The notes under the pieces: model-generated
Database searches by the model: none
Told to the model about the DNA's origin: nothing
Seen by the model: the letters and a program-made list of their open reading frames with translations, nothing else
Position numbers and translations under genes: made by a program
In this document: positions 1-8,248 of the stretch, in pieces
Position numbering within the stretch: the stretch's first letter is position 1
How the letters are laid out: every line of letters begins with the position of its first letter
NCBI GenBank assembly: GCA_048882325.1
Contig: JBHLRS010000002.1
Location: 32,001-96,000 of the forward strand
Reading direction: 5' to 3'
Length of the DNA: 64,000 bases
Source of the DNA: Candidatus Thorarchaeota archaeon
GTDB lineage: Archaea; Asgardarchaeota; Thorarchaeia; Thorarchaeales; Thorarchaeaceae

Positions 1-2
1 TG

Positions 3-1604
3 TTTCTCAGAAGTGCATCAGCTGTGGATAAGATTCTGAAACAAAGCATTTCGAAATTACAGCGAATTGTAGAGATAGCACAAAAGGAGAATGAGTCACT
101 CAGAGAAAACTTACGAATGGTGATTTTGACAGATTATATCAGACAAGCCTTCATGCCTCAGACTCCCGACGACCAACCAATCTTGAATAAGATCGGAGTT
201 GTACCAATCTTCGAAGCAATAAGGCGTGAAGGTTTAGATCGGTCGAGAATTGGTGTATTAAGTGGTTCATTGGTCATCATTCCATCAAAATCTGAAAGTA
301 AATTCCGAGAGTGTGCAATGGCCCTTGGTATTGACAGTAATGAGATGGCATTAAAGCCCTTGATTCATGATTCGGAATTCCTTAGAGTGCGAGTAAAGGA
401 TTCTGAAAAACATAAGCTTGTAAGAGCTGTTACAGACTTATTCACGATAGGTGCCGTGAATATACTCATCGGTACAAAGAGTCTCCTTGGAGAGGGATGG
501 GATGCACCATCAATCAACTCATTGGTACTTGCAAGTTTTGTAGGATCGTACATGCTCTCAAACCAGATGAGAGGAAGAGCAATCAGAAGTGAGAGGGGGA
601 ATCCCGACAAGACAGCGAATATCTGGCATCTGGTTTGTATTGAGCCAGAATCCCGTCTAGCTGGTGAGGATTTTGATACGATGCTAAGGAGATTCAAAGC
701 TTTCGTAGGTGTGTCCTCAGTTGAACCAGTAATAGAAAACGGATTTGCCCGATTGGATGTTGGAAAACCACCGTTCGAAAAGGATGAACTCAAAGCCTAC
801 AACCAACGCATGTTTGCTCTTGCCAAAGATAGAGACGCCATTCGACGTTCGTGGGATGAAGCTCTGCGTAGAGGGGAAGAAGGAGTTCGTCTTGTCGAGG
901 ACATTCAAGCTGAAAAGGTTTACCTACCCAGAGGCTTTGTCTTCAGCAATACCATTTCCGCTTTGTTTTGGCAAGGACTGTTTTTGGCAGGTTACATTAT
1001 ATCCGAATATGCTGAAGGAATGGCACCCCCAACATGGGAAGCATTCCTATTCACACTCCTCGTGTTATTCATCATTTGTCTGATAATAATGGCTCCAACA
1101 ACATTCAAGGCAATCTATCTATTCATCAAACATGGACCAGTAAAGAATAGCCTAGAACAAATCGGAACAGCTGTATTGAAAACCCTATGTCACATAGGCG
1201 AAATCCGGACAGAATACAAGGAGATGCGTGTGGTCATTGAGGAAGGAGAATATGGATTAGTATTCTGTAGAATAGATGGTGGAAACGCTAGGGAGAAGTC
1301 CTTGTTTCTCCAAGCTTTACAGGAATTACTTAATCCAATTGAAAACCCAAGATATCTCCTTGTCAGGAAATCAATGTGGTGGAATCGATTCACTCGTAAG
1401 GACTATCATTCTGTACCATCAATCATTGGTGCAAAGAAGGAATATGCTGAGTATTTCGCAGACCAGTGGAGTAAACGGGTTGGTCGGATGAACCTTATCT
1501 ATACAAGAACTAGGGATGGAAGAATTGAACTAATTCGCGCCCGTAACAAGTCCCTGTCTGCTACATTCAGACCGAGATCAGAGCGTCTAACAAGATGGAA
1601 ATGA
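3..1604 (+). CDS. SF2 (DEAD/DEAH, res-subunit-like) helicase, C-terminal part, with two predicted TM helices; 5' truncated by window edge
   Basis: Frame open from base 3; helicase C-terminal motifs LIGTKSLLGEGWDAP and QMRGRAIR; two hydrophobic segments after the helicase core. Confidence 0.8.
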   Translation, partial: FLRSASAVDKILKQSISKLQRIVEIAQKENESLRENLRMVILTDYIRQAFMPQTPDDQPILNKIGVVPIFEAIRREGLDRSRIGVLSGSLVIIPSKSESKFRECAMALGIDSNEMALKPLIHDSEFLRVRVKDSEKHKLVRAVTDLFTIGAVNILIGTKSLLGEGWDAPSINSLVLASFVGSYMLSNQMRGRAIRSERGNPDKTANIWHLVCIEPESRLAGEDFDTMLRRFKAFVGVSSVEPVIENGFARLDVGKPPFEKDELKAYNQRMFALAKDRDAIRRSWDEALRRGEEGVRLVEDIQAEKVYLPRGFVFSNTISALFWQGLFLAGYIISEYAEGMAPPTWEAFLFTLLVLFIICLIIMAPTTFKAIYLFIKHGPVKNSLEQIGTAVLKTLCHIGEIRTEYKEMRVVIEEGEYGLVFCRIDGGNAREKSLFLQALQELLNPIENPRYLLVRKSMWWNRFTRKDYHSVPSIIGAKKEYAEYFADQWSKRVGRMNLIYTRTRDGRIELIRARNKSLSATFRPRSERLTRWK

Positions 1605-1606
1605 TA

Positions 1607-1639
1607 AATGAGGTGTGAGATAGGATTCTCACACCCATT
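1607..1639. terminator. Hairpin between convergent genes
   Basis: GGTGTGAGA-taggat-TCTCACACC 9-bp stem (1612-1635), extendable by AATG/CATT. Confidence 0.55.
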
Positions 1640-1649
1640 ACACTGAATG

Positions 1650-2321
1650 TTATGCAAATCCCCGGCTTGGACCAGAACCTAGCCTAAGTTGAGCATAACG
1701 AGCGTCATCGTGTGGAGCAGCTCCTTCAAGCTGCCTTTGCAGCTTTTTGTACTCATCCTCGCAAGTCGCTTGGAGCTGGAACTTTGTTATGCTAAGTCTG
1801 ATTTCATTTCTGGTAATCTCCTCGATGAAATGAGGTGGAACAAGAAGGTCAATGTCAGGTTGAGCCCTAATACGCTCGAGCAGCTCTTCAAAAAACCCAC
1901 CACCAAGTACAAGCCACATGACATTATCCCGGTCAAACCAGATATCAATGACAAATCCAATCTTGAAATTATCAGAATCAACGACCTTTATGTCAGAGAG
2001 CTTTGAGAAAGTATAGTCGTCTTCGCCCAGTACTCCCGGGTCAATGGTCTTTTTTAGAGAGTCTTTTTCAACCTTCAAGTAGACCTTGTCAGATATCGAG
2101 GCGACATCCTCGAGTCTGATAACAGGATCAATATCAGGTCTTACGCCAATAGATTCGAGAAACTCCTCGATTCTTCCACCTCCCAGTACGATGTACTTCA
2201 GGTCCAGTCTATTTTCGCCACAGCCAAAAATCCAATCGTTTACCTCACCAACGTTCACGCCATTGGAGTCGACAACATCCTTGCTTCGAATTTCACTGTA
2301 CTTTAGTTCACAGCAATCCAT
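1650..2321 (-). CDS. Tandem PRC-barrel domain protein
   Basis: Two repeats: SEIRSKDVVDSNGVNVGEVNDWIF and SKLSDIKVVDSDNFKIGFVIDIWF, each followed by LVLGGG-like and PDID motifs. Confidence 0.75.
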   Translation of the reverse strand: MDCCELKYSEIRSKDVVDSNGVNVGEVNDWIFGCGENRLDLKYIVLGGGRIEEFLESIGVRPDIDPVIRLEDVASISDKVYLKVEKDSLKKTIDPGVLGEDDYTFSKLSDIKVVDSDNFKIGFVIDIWFDRDNVMWLVLGGGFFEELLERIRAQPDIDLLVPPHFIEEITRNEIRLSITKFQLQATCEDEYKKLQRQLEGAAPHDDARYAQLRLGSGPSRGFA

Positions 2322-2428
2322 TATCCCAAACCTCGTGTTTATTCACAATAGTTAACATTTAAGCTTTCGTGTTATTCACTGCGAAATGCGTTAGGAAAAG
2401 AAAAACATACATCCTGAAAAAGGATTGG

Positions 2429-2446
2429 GAGCCCGAAATGGGGCTC
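2429..2446 (-). terminator. Hairpin followed by T-run downstream of the 100-aa gene
   Basis: GAGCCC-gaaatg-GGGCTC stem, followed on the minus strand by CCAATCCTTTTT. Confidence 0.45.
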
Positions 2447-2452
2447 AAAAAT

Positions 2453-2755
2453 CTAGTAGACTTCTCTAGGACTCTCTCTGAGGCGATCAGGAAGCTGACC
2501 ACCCTCACCCAAGACCTCAAGCTCGTGGTCTCGGCCATATCGACCACCGTCGTTGCAGAGGAAGCCTGTCTTTGTGATGCCCCTAGCTTGACGCTCAGCG
2601 GCACGACGAGTAATCATGGTTTTTCCTGATGGAACTGTCATAATCAACTTCTTCTGGGTTTCATCAATCACCAGTAAGATTGTATCATCACTGGCACTAC
2701 GTGTGGTCTCGAAAAATTGAGAGGTCGACTCATTAAACTCGAGGTAGACTGGCAT
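2453..2755 (-). CDS. Small protein, probable single gelsolin-like domain
   Basis: SDDTILLVIDETQKKLIMTVPSGKTMITRRAAERQARGI resembles the gelsolin strand-strand-long-helix pattern; EVLGEG downstream. Confidence 0.5.
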   Translation of the reverse strand: MPVYLEFNESTSQFFETTRSASDDTILLVIDETQKKLIMTVPSGKTMITRRAAERQARGITKTGFLCNDGGRYGRDHELEVLGEGGQLPDRLRESPREVY

Positions 2756-2863
2756 TCGGAATCAAAGCCTCCAAGTGGCTACTTAAACTAGAATGGTTTC
2801 TGGGCGTTTATTAATGAATCTCGCGCGAGTTCCATTATAGAATTGGTTCACTATTGTTGCAAA

Positions 2864-3544
2864 TCATAGGAGATGCGCAGTTCCACAATGAGCGCACACA
2901 ACAGCGTTCTCAAACTCACCTGGTAATGGTAGTGGGGCTCCGCAATTTTGGCATTTGAGGTCTCTTATCTCCGACCGTTTCTCCTGAGGGATGTTCAATT
3001 TGAAGACTCGTTCTGCAACATCCTGAATGGTCTTCCCAACCTTTTGAGCAGCTTGACCAATCGAACTCCTTTCAGGATCGCTCAAGGAACCAAGACCAAC
3101 AGCTCTGAAGAAGTTGTCAATTGCTCGCCCAATCTTTCCAAATACTGAACCGGCTTTGTATGACATGACCTCAGGAACCTGCAGTTCTAGAAGTTCAGTG
3201 TCGGGATGGCCGGGGATTTCATATCCTTGTTTCCAGTCGACTCGCTCTGAGCGTATTGAGGACAATGCCTGACCACAACTGGGACAATACATCTGCCACT
3301 CCTTACCGAAGAACCCTTTCCTTTTCTTTCTTTCACCAACATTGTACCAACAGCGTTTGTGTGCGAGTTTTTCACAATTGGGACAAGGGAAGAGATGAAA
3401 TGTGTCGGGTTTGACTTTGGCCGTTCCACCAGTGTGTATCTTGAGATATGCAAGGTCGTCACCCGTGTTGTTGAGGAGATACTTACCACAGATGAAACAG
3501 GTTCTTCCATCCAACTTGTTCATTTTATCAGGAGTGATTTTCAT
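2864..3544 (-). CDS. Zinc-finger protein: N-terminal C4HC3 RING/PHD-like finger plus C-terminal zinc ribbon
   Basis: CFIC...CPNC-x4-H-x2-CW...CPSC; C-terminal CQNCG...CAHCG. Confidence 0.7.
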   Translation of the reverse strand: MKITPDKMNKLDGRTCFICGKYLLNNTGDDLAYLKIHTGGTAKVKPDTFHLFPCPNCEKLAHKRCWYNVGERKKRKGFFGKEWQMYCPSCGQALSSIRSERVDWKQGYEIPGHPDTELLELQVPEVMSYKAGSVFGKIGRAIDNFFRAVGLGSLSDPERSSIGQAAQKVGKTIQDVAERVFKLNIPQEKRSEIRDLKCQNCGAPLPLPGEFENAVVCAHCGTAHLL

Positions 3545-3829
3545 GTCATAAGAACCTCAATGATTCCCAAACCATGAGGCAATAAGAACCTTACAGATTG
3601 TGTATTTTAACAAAATCCGAAAGGCTCTTAGCACCGACTTGAATTCGAACACAACCGCAGTGTGTCATTCCTCAGTCAACCATTTAGTTTACTCAGACTC
3701 TTTAATATCGAGAGTTATTATTGACCTGATGAGGATTTGAGGAGTGTTCCACATAGTAATATGCAACTGTCATTATGATACTGAGTTATATTAGGAAGAA
3801 TCAGAGAGAATCAATGGCGGGTATTCACC

Positions 3830-4480
3830 GTGTTCGAATATGTTCAAGAGAGAGAGGTTGGCAAAAGACTAGAACCCAGAACCATGGTGTATGTCATAAC
3901 AACAGGAGAGCCAAAAGGATTCAATTATCAAGAACTTACAGAACGTGGTGAGAACCAATTATTCGAGATGGCAAGGTCCCGAGTAGCAAGCGGAGTGAGA
4001 GTCCTGTATTCAGCTACTGACAAAATTGCTGTGATGTCATCTGAGGTTTTGGCAAAAGAGTTTGAATCAAAAGTCAAGAAAATGAACTGTCTTGATTCTG
4101 TTAAGTTCAGTAAGGGAACTGATACTCTTGAGGTCGTGGGAGAAACCATGAAGCAAATGTGGCAAGATGTAGACTTTGTACCACCAGTTGGAGAGTCTTT
4201 GGCTGAAGCGAGAGTTCGTTTTGGAAGTTGCATGGGTGGAATAGTAGCGCGACATCAAGACGATGTAGTAGCTGTAGTCGTAGATCCTTTAATCGCATTT
4301 CTTTTCTACTCTCATGTTACTGCAACACCTTTAGATATCAGCGAATGGTATTCAATGGGTCATGCAGCATGTGCTATGTATGAGTACTCACGTGGATGGA
4401 GTCTTGTAATACCGCCAGATAACAGCTATTTGAGTGATCCCACCACAGTTCATGATATATTACCAGAAGAGCTGTTCTGA
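3830..4480 (+). CDS. Histidine phosphatase (PGM-like) fold protein with degenerate active site
   Basis: LTERGENQ, VLYSA and PPVGESL motifs retained; RHG replaced by TTG and SHG by VDP. Confidence 0.65.
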   Translation: MFEYVQEREVGKRLEPRTMVYVITTGEPKGFNYQELTERGENQLFEMARSRVASGVRVLYSATDKIAVMSSEVLAKEFESKVKKMNCLDSVKFSKGTDTLEVVGETMKQMWQDVDFVPPVGESLAEARVRFGSCMGGIVARHQDDVVAVVVDPLIAFLFYSHVTATPLDISEWYSMGHAACAMYEYSRGWSLVIPPDNSYLSDPTTVHDILPEELF

Positions 4481-4486
4481 GTGATT

Positions 4487-4522
4487 AAAAAAGAGAGAGA
4501 AGAACCGGAGCAAATGTCCGGT
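4487..4522 (-). terminator. Hairpin plus pyrimidine/T tract terminating the 1175-aa gene
   Basis: ACCGGA-gcaaatg-TCCGGT (4504-4522), followed on the minus strand by TCTTCTCTCTCTTTTTT. Confidence 0.55.
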
Positions 4523-4535
4523 CTTCATAGATAGA

Positions 4536-7500
4536 CTATCTTCGTCTATAGAGTACGCAGACGATAATGACTAAGACAACCACTCCGCCAACTATCAGGT
4601 AAAGTGTCATTGGGTTGCCTTCACCATTTGTGGGTGGAGGTGTGGTGCCACTCTGATGTGCACTTGTGTATGCAACGAACACAGGATCACAGATGATCTC
4701 ATGTCCACCCCAGTTCTCATAGCCAGCGGTCATGAACAACATGGATGCATCTACATTCCAATCAGTTATTGTCTGACCAGACGATGACTGATACATCGCA
4801 CTGAAGGCACCTATAGGTACAGTAGAAGAGCCTGAGATATAGACATTAGCATGGTTGTCCCCGCCCCAGGTGTAGGGGAGACCACCCATTGTCACATTAG
4901 CATATGGGCTGTTAGCCTGTCCAAACTCATAGTACTCTGCACCAACACTCTCACGATTTGTGTCAGTCACTGGACGGTCATCTGCAGAATGAGTGGTGCG
5001 ACCTGCGGTTCCAAGAACTCCGAAGAAATTCACTGCGAGGCTACGATCATTGAGGACACTCTGATCGAATGTGTCTAATGTGAAATCACCTATCCTTTGG
5101 TCTACCTTGAAAGAAACAGCGTGATTCCAAGTGGACGGATCCTCTGCATCATAGACTACCTGATCCACATTGAATGATATGTCAAATGCCATTTCATCGA
5201 CTGTGGCATGAGAGATTGCATAGTCAAAGTCTCTCTGGTTCAATTCGAGAGACCCTTCGTAGGACTCACGGAATGCCCAAGGACCTCTGACTCCACGAGA
5301 GTGTTCAATTAGTAGTGGATAGATTGTCACGTCAACGTCGTAGATTGAAACTCCAAAGCTTACTTCAGTATCAGGTGATACAATTACCTCACCAGTTCCA
5401 TTGGTAGCACCAAAAGGTTGGCGGAACTCGACAGATCCAACTGTATCAATAAGGATCAAGTGAGTTACCTCATCAGTAACCAATTGACCGTCTTCAAAGT
5501 AGAAGTCTGGTGCTTTGGGTGAAGCACCGAGTGGATCGTCATTGAAGATTAGCAACCCAGCATACTGAGCTCTGAAGTGTGCAGCCAAACGACTACTCTC
5601 AGAAACACCAACCAGGAATGCTTGATGTGTTCCCCAGAAGAACCACGTTGTCGTCCATTCATTACTCTCAAGACCTGTTATTGCACTCAAATCAAGAGTA
5701 CGATTTTCGGTCATCCAAGCAACATACTTGTATTCAGGTCGAGCAATCTCATCCACTCTGTCAGCCCATAGACTGTTTCGAATGCCATCGAGCTCACCCT
5801 GAGTGACAGGTGTCATATCTGTGTGATACCAATAGAATGTTTCATTGGCCTCAAAAGCCAGTTCGAAGTCAAGGGTTCCCATCCAATTCCCGGACAAGAA
5901 CTCATCACCATTTCGTCCCGGCGTCGGATCAAAGCCTACACCTACTTGCATCATTTCGACAGAGGTGTTGCCCCAATCATGCCAGTATCCTGTGCGCTTG
6001 ATGAAATACTGGTCATCAGTCGTGAAGACATTACCATCAAGATCGATAGCACCCTCAGTGGTTACCACCCATCTCTGCGGTTCAAAGAAGTCTACCTCAC
6101 CCAAAATAAAGTGAGCGGGACTCCAGATTACGTCACTGTCAACCTCTTCATTGAATGATTCAGTATTGTTTCCTGGTTCAGGCCCAGCTGGATAGAGTTG
6201 CCAGTTGTTCTGGCCAGCCAGTGAGATGTTCATCTGCCACCAGCCAAGTCCGCCTGATGCAATGTGCGCTGAAGATACCACCATTGAGGGCGTTTCTGGG
6301 GCAAATTCCAGACCAATATCTAATATGGACTCTGTTGGACCGATAGACCAGCTCCAATCGTGAATCACAATCAAGCCAATATTCAGTTTCTCTTCGGTAC
6401 CCACGAAGACTCCGTCAGTACTGTGAACAAATTTAGTTATAGTAGATACTGACCACACGACATCATGGACAAAGTCAACTACAATATAGTGACGAGTAGT
6501 GTGTCGCCAGTAGTGTGTCGCATTGGACTCGAAACCTTCCGTTTCAAACCATAGCGTGATGTTGTGTCTGTCGACATGGAAATAGAGCCCAGCAATATCG
6601 ACCTGAAGTGCAGCATCAACGGAAACGTTGTTTTGGTTGGTTTCGAGGTATGTGGTACCATTGACTAGGTCTGCAGGAGCATGGATATTAAGAGTCAGGT
6701 TGAGAATGTCACCTGGAAGTGCTCTGTCCGCGATAACACCATCCTTCTTAAGGAAAGCTTCTATGAACTCTTGCTGGAAGGCAAGACTCACTGTGTTGTG
6801 CTTCTCCATGTCAGGATGCGCCTGAAGCCAGTGACCATCTTGACTGAGTACATACCAGAAGGAGGGATCTGGAGTAATTTTGCCTCCAACCTTGAACTCA
6901 TCTGAGTCAAGATCCAACTTGTTTGCGAATGATCCAGTCCAAGTGATCTTGGCTCCACCATTCTCGACTGTGGTTCCACTTGCTACATAGAAGTCAGACA
7001 CTGGAATAGTTGCATTGTAATCGAAATCGAAGTCGACAGTCCACATCAGTATCTCCGCATTCCAAGTCCATGTGATATTGGTAAGATGGCCTCCGATAAC
7101 AAATGCGTCTGTACCATTGTAGACAAAGAACAGAGTCAAGGGCATCTCAGTACCATGAATCCATGGAGTTGCTGGAGAGAAGAAGTTCAAAGGCATTGAG
7201 AAGTTGTAGGGTCTAGTGTATTCTCCATATGTGGTTACAAATGGAAGTACAGCAGCTCCAATTGCTTCATTTGCCTCGAGGTTCAGGGTGAACTCATCAC
7301 CCACGTCAACGTAGTGGAGGATATCACCAGCTCCGTCAACAACCTCAGCATAGTAGTACCGTGGTAGTTCGAAAATGTGACTCGCAACATCAATTCCAAG
7401 ACCTAGAGGTGGAACTGCAAAACCTCCTGCGTTGACAGCAGCTAACCACGATGGTGTTACTGGACGACCAAGTGTGTCGATTGCTTGCATACCGGTCCAG

Positions 7501-8063
7501 AAGATGCGTCTAACAATCCGCATTGTGAACCTAAACGCAAATGTGAGCTCTAATCGATCTAGTCCAGTGTTTTCAGAGTAAACTGAGTTCCCAGAATCTA
7601 GAGCTACAAAATCTGAAGGTACAGGTGCTTCAACTCCAGCTACAGCATGAAAACTCAGAACATTCCAGGCATCTCTTGTGACGTTATACTCCAGCACAAA
7701 GAAGGTGCCCCCATCTTCACCAGTGGATCCCCAAAAGTGTACTGCATCAAGTGCAATGCCCTCACCGAGGAAGGAGTTGGGTATTGTGATATCAACAAGT
7801 AGATCCACACCAGGTTCTACTCGGTAATGATTCTCAGCAATGGAAGTTCCATTGTCTGCATAGAGAATATCCACAGTTGGTTGAGGACCAAAAATCCACT
7901 GAGATTGTTCTTCAGTGTGCTCGAACGTGTCCTGTTCATTTGTGACTTCCCAAGCCACGTACAAGAGTGGATCTCCTGTCGTTTGAGCTTTCACGAAACT
8001 TGCAGTAGCAACGAAGCTCAAAACCAGGAGAGCCACAATGAATATTGTGTTAGTTCTTTTCAT
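4536..8063 (-). CDS. Large secreted, C-terminally anchored cell-surface (glyco)protein
   Basis: Signal peptide MKRTNTIFIVALLVLSFVATASFVKA; acidic beta-rich body with many N-x-S/T sequons; TTPPPT linker, TM helix, RRR tail; SD GAGGTG. Confidence 0.8.
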   Translation of the reverse strand: MKRTNTIFIVALLVLSFVATASFVKAQTTGDPLLYVAWEVTNEQDTFEHTEEQSQWIFGPQPTVDILYADNGTSIAENHYRVEPGVDLLVDITIPNSFLGEGIALDAVHFWGSTGEDGGTFFVLEYNVTRDAWNVLSFHAVAGVEAPVPSDFVALDSGNSVYSENTGLDRLELTFAFRFTMRIVRRIFWTGMQAIDTLGRPVTPSWLAAVNAGGFAVPPLGLGIDVASHIFELPRYYYAEVVDGAGDILHYVDVGDEFTLNLEANEAIGAAVLPFVTTYGEYTRPYNFSMPLNFFSPATPWIHGTEMPLTLFFVYNGTDAFVIGGHLTNITWTWNAEILMWTVDFDFDYNATIPVSDFYVASGTTVENGGAKITWTGSFANKLDLDSDEFKVGGKITPDPSFWYVLSQDGHWLQAHPDMEKHNTVSLAFQQEFIEAFLKKDGVIADRALPGDILNLTLNIHAPADLVNGTTYLETNQNNVSVDAALQVDIAGLYFHVDRHNITLWFETEGFESNATHYWRHTTRHYIVVDFVHDVVWSVSTITKFVHSTDGVFVGTEEKLNIGLIVIHDWSWSIGPTESILDIGLEFAPETPSMVVSSAHIASGGLGWWQMNISLAGQNNWQLYPAGPEPGNNTESFNEEVDSDVIWSPAHFILGEVDFFEPQRWVVTTEGAIDLDGNVFTTDDQYFIKRTGYWHDWGNTSVEMMQVGVGFDPTPGRNGDEFLSGNWMGTLDFELAFEANETFYWYHTDMTPVTQGELDGIRNSLWADRVDEIARPEYKYVAWMTENRTLDLSAITGLESNEWTTTWFFWGTHQAFLVGVSESSRLAAHFRAQYAGLLIFNDDPLGASPKAPDFYFEDGQLVTDEVTHLILIDTVGSVEFRQPFGATNGTGEVIVSPDTEVSFGVSIYDVDVTIYPLLIEHSRGVRGPWAFRESYEGSLELNQRDFDYAISHATVDEMAFDISFNVDQVVYDAEDPSTWNHAVSFKVDQRIGDFTLDTFDQSVLNDRSLAVNFFGVLGTAGRTTHSADDRPVTDTNRESVGAEYYEFGQANSPYANVTMGGLPYTWGGDNHANVYISGSSTVPIGAFSAMYQSSSGQTITDWNVDASMLFMTAGYENWGGHEIICDPVFVAYTSAHQSGTTPPPTNGEGNPMTLYLIVGGVVVLVIIVCVLYRRR

Positions 8064-8248
8064 ATCTTACACCTCACCAAAAACCTAGCGTGCCGCATCT
8101 CCTCTGCGAGATGTAAGAGTCGAATGCGGGTTCTTGATTTATTGGCGCGATCATCAAAGGTTCTTTCCTAGTAACCTCTGATGGAAAAACCGACGAACTG
8201 CAAATAATATCCTACAATTTTGCATATAATATATTATGGATGAATCAT

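Noticed and set aside
3630-3643. GCACCGACTT resembling the 3' end of a Cas9 tracrRNA
   Set aside because: Only about 9 nt match, with no hairpin partner and no cas genes or array; consistent with chance.
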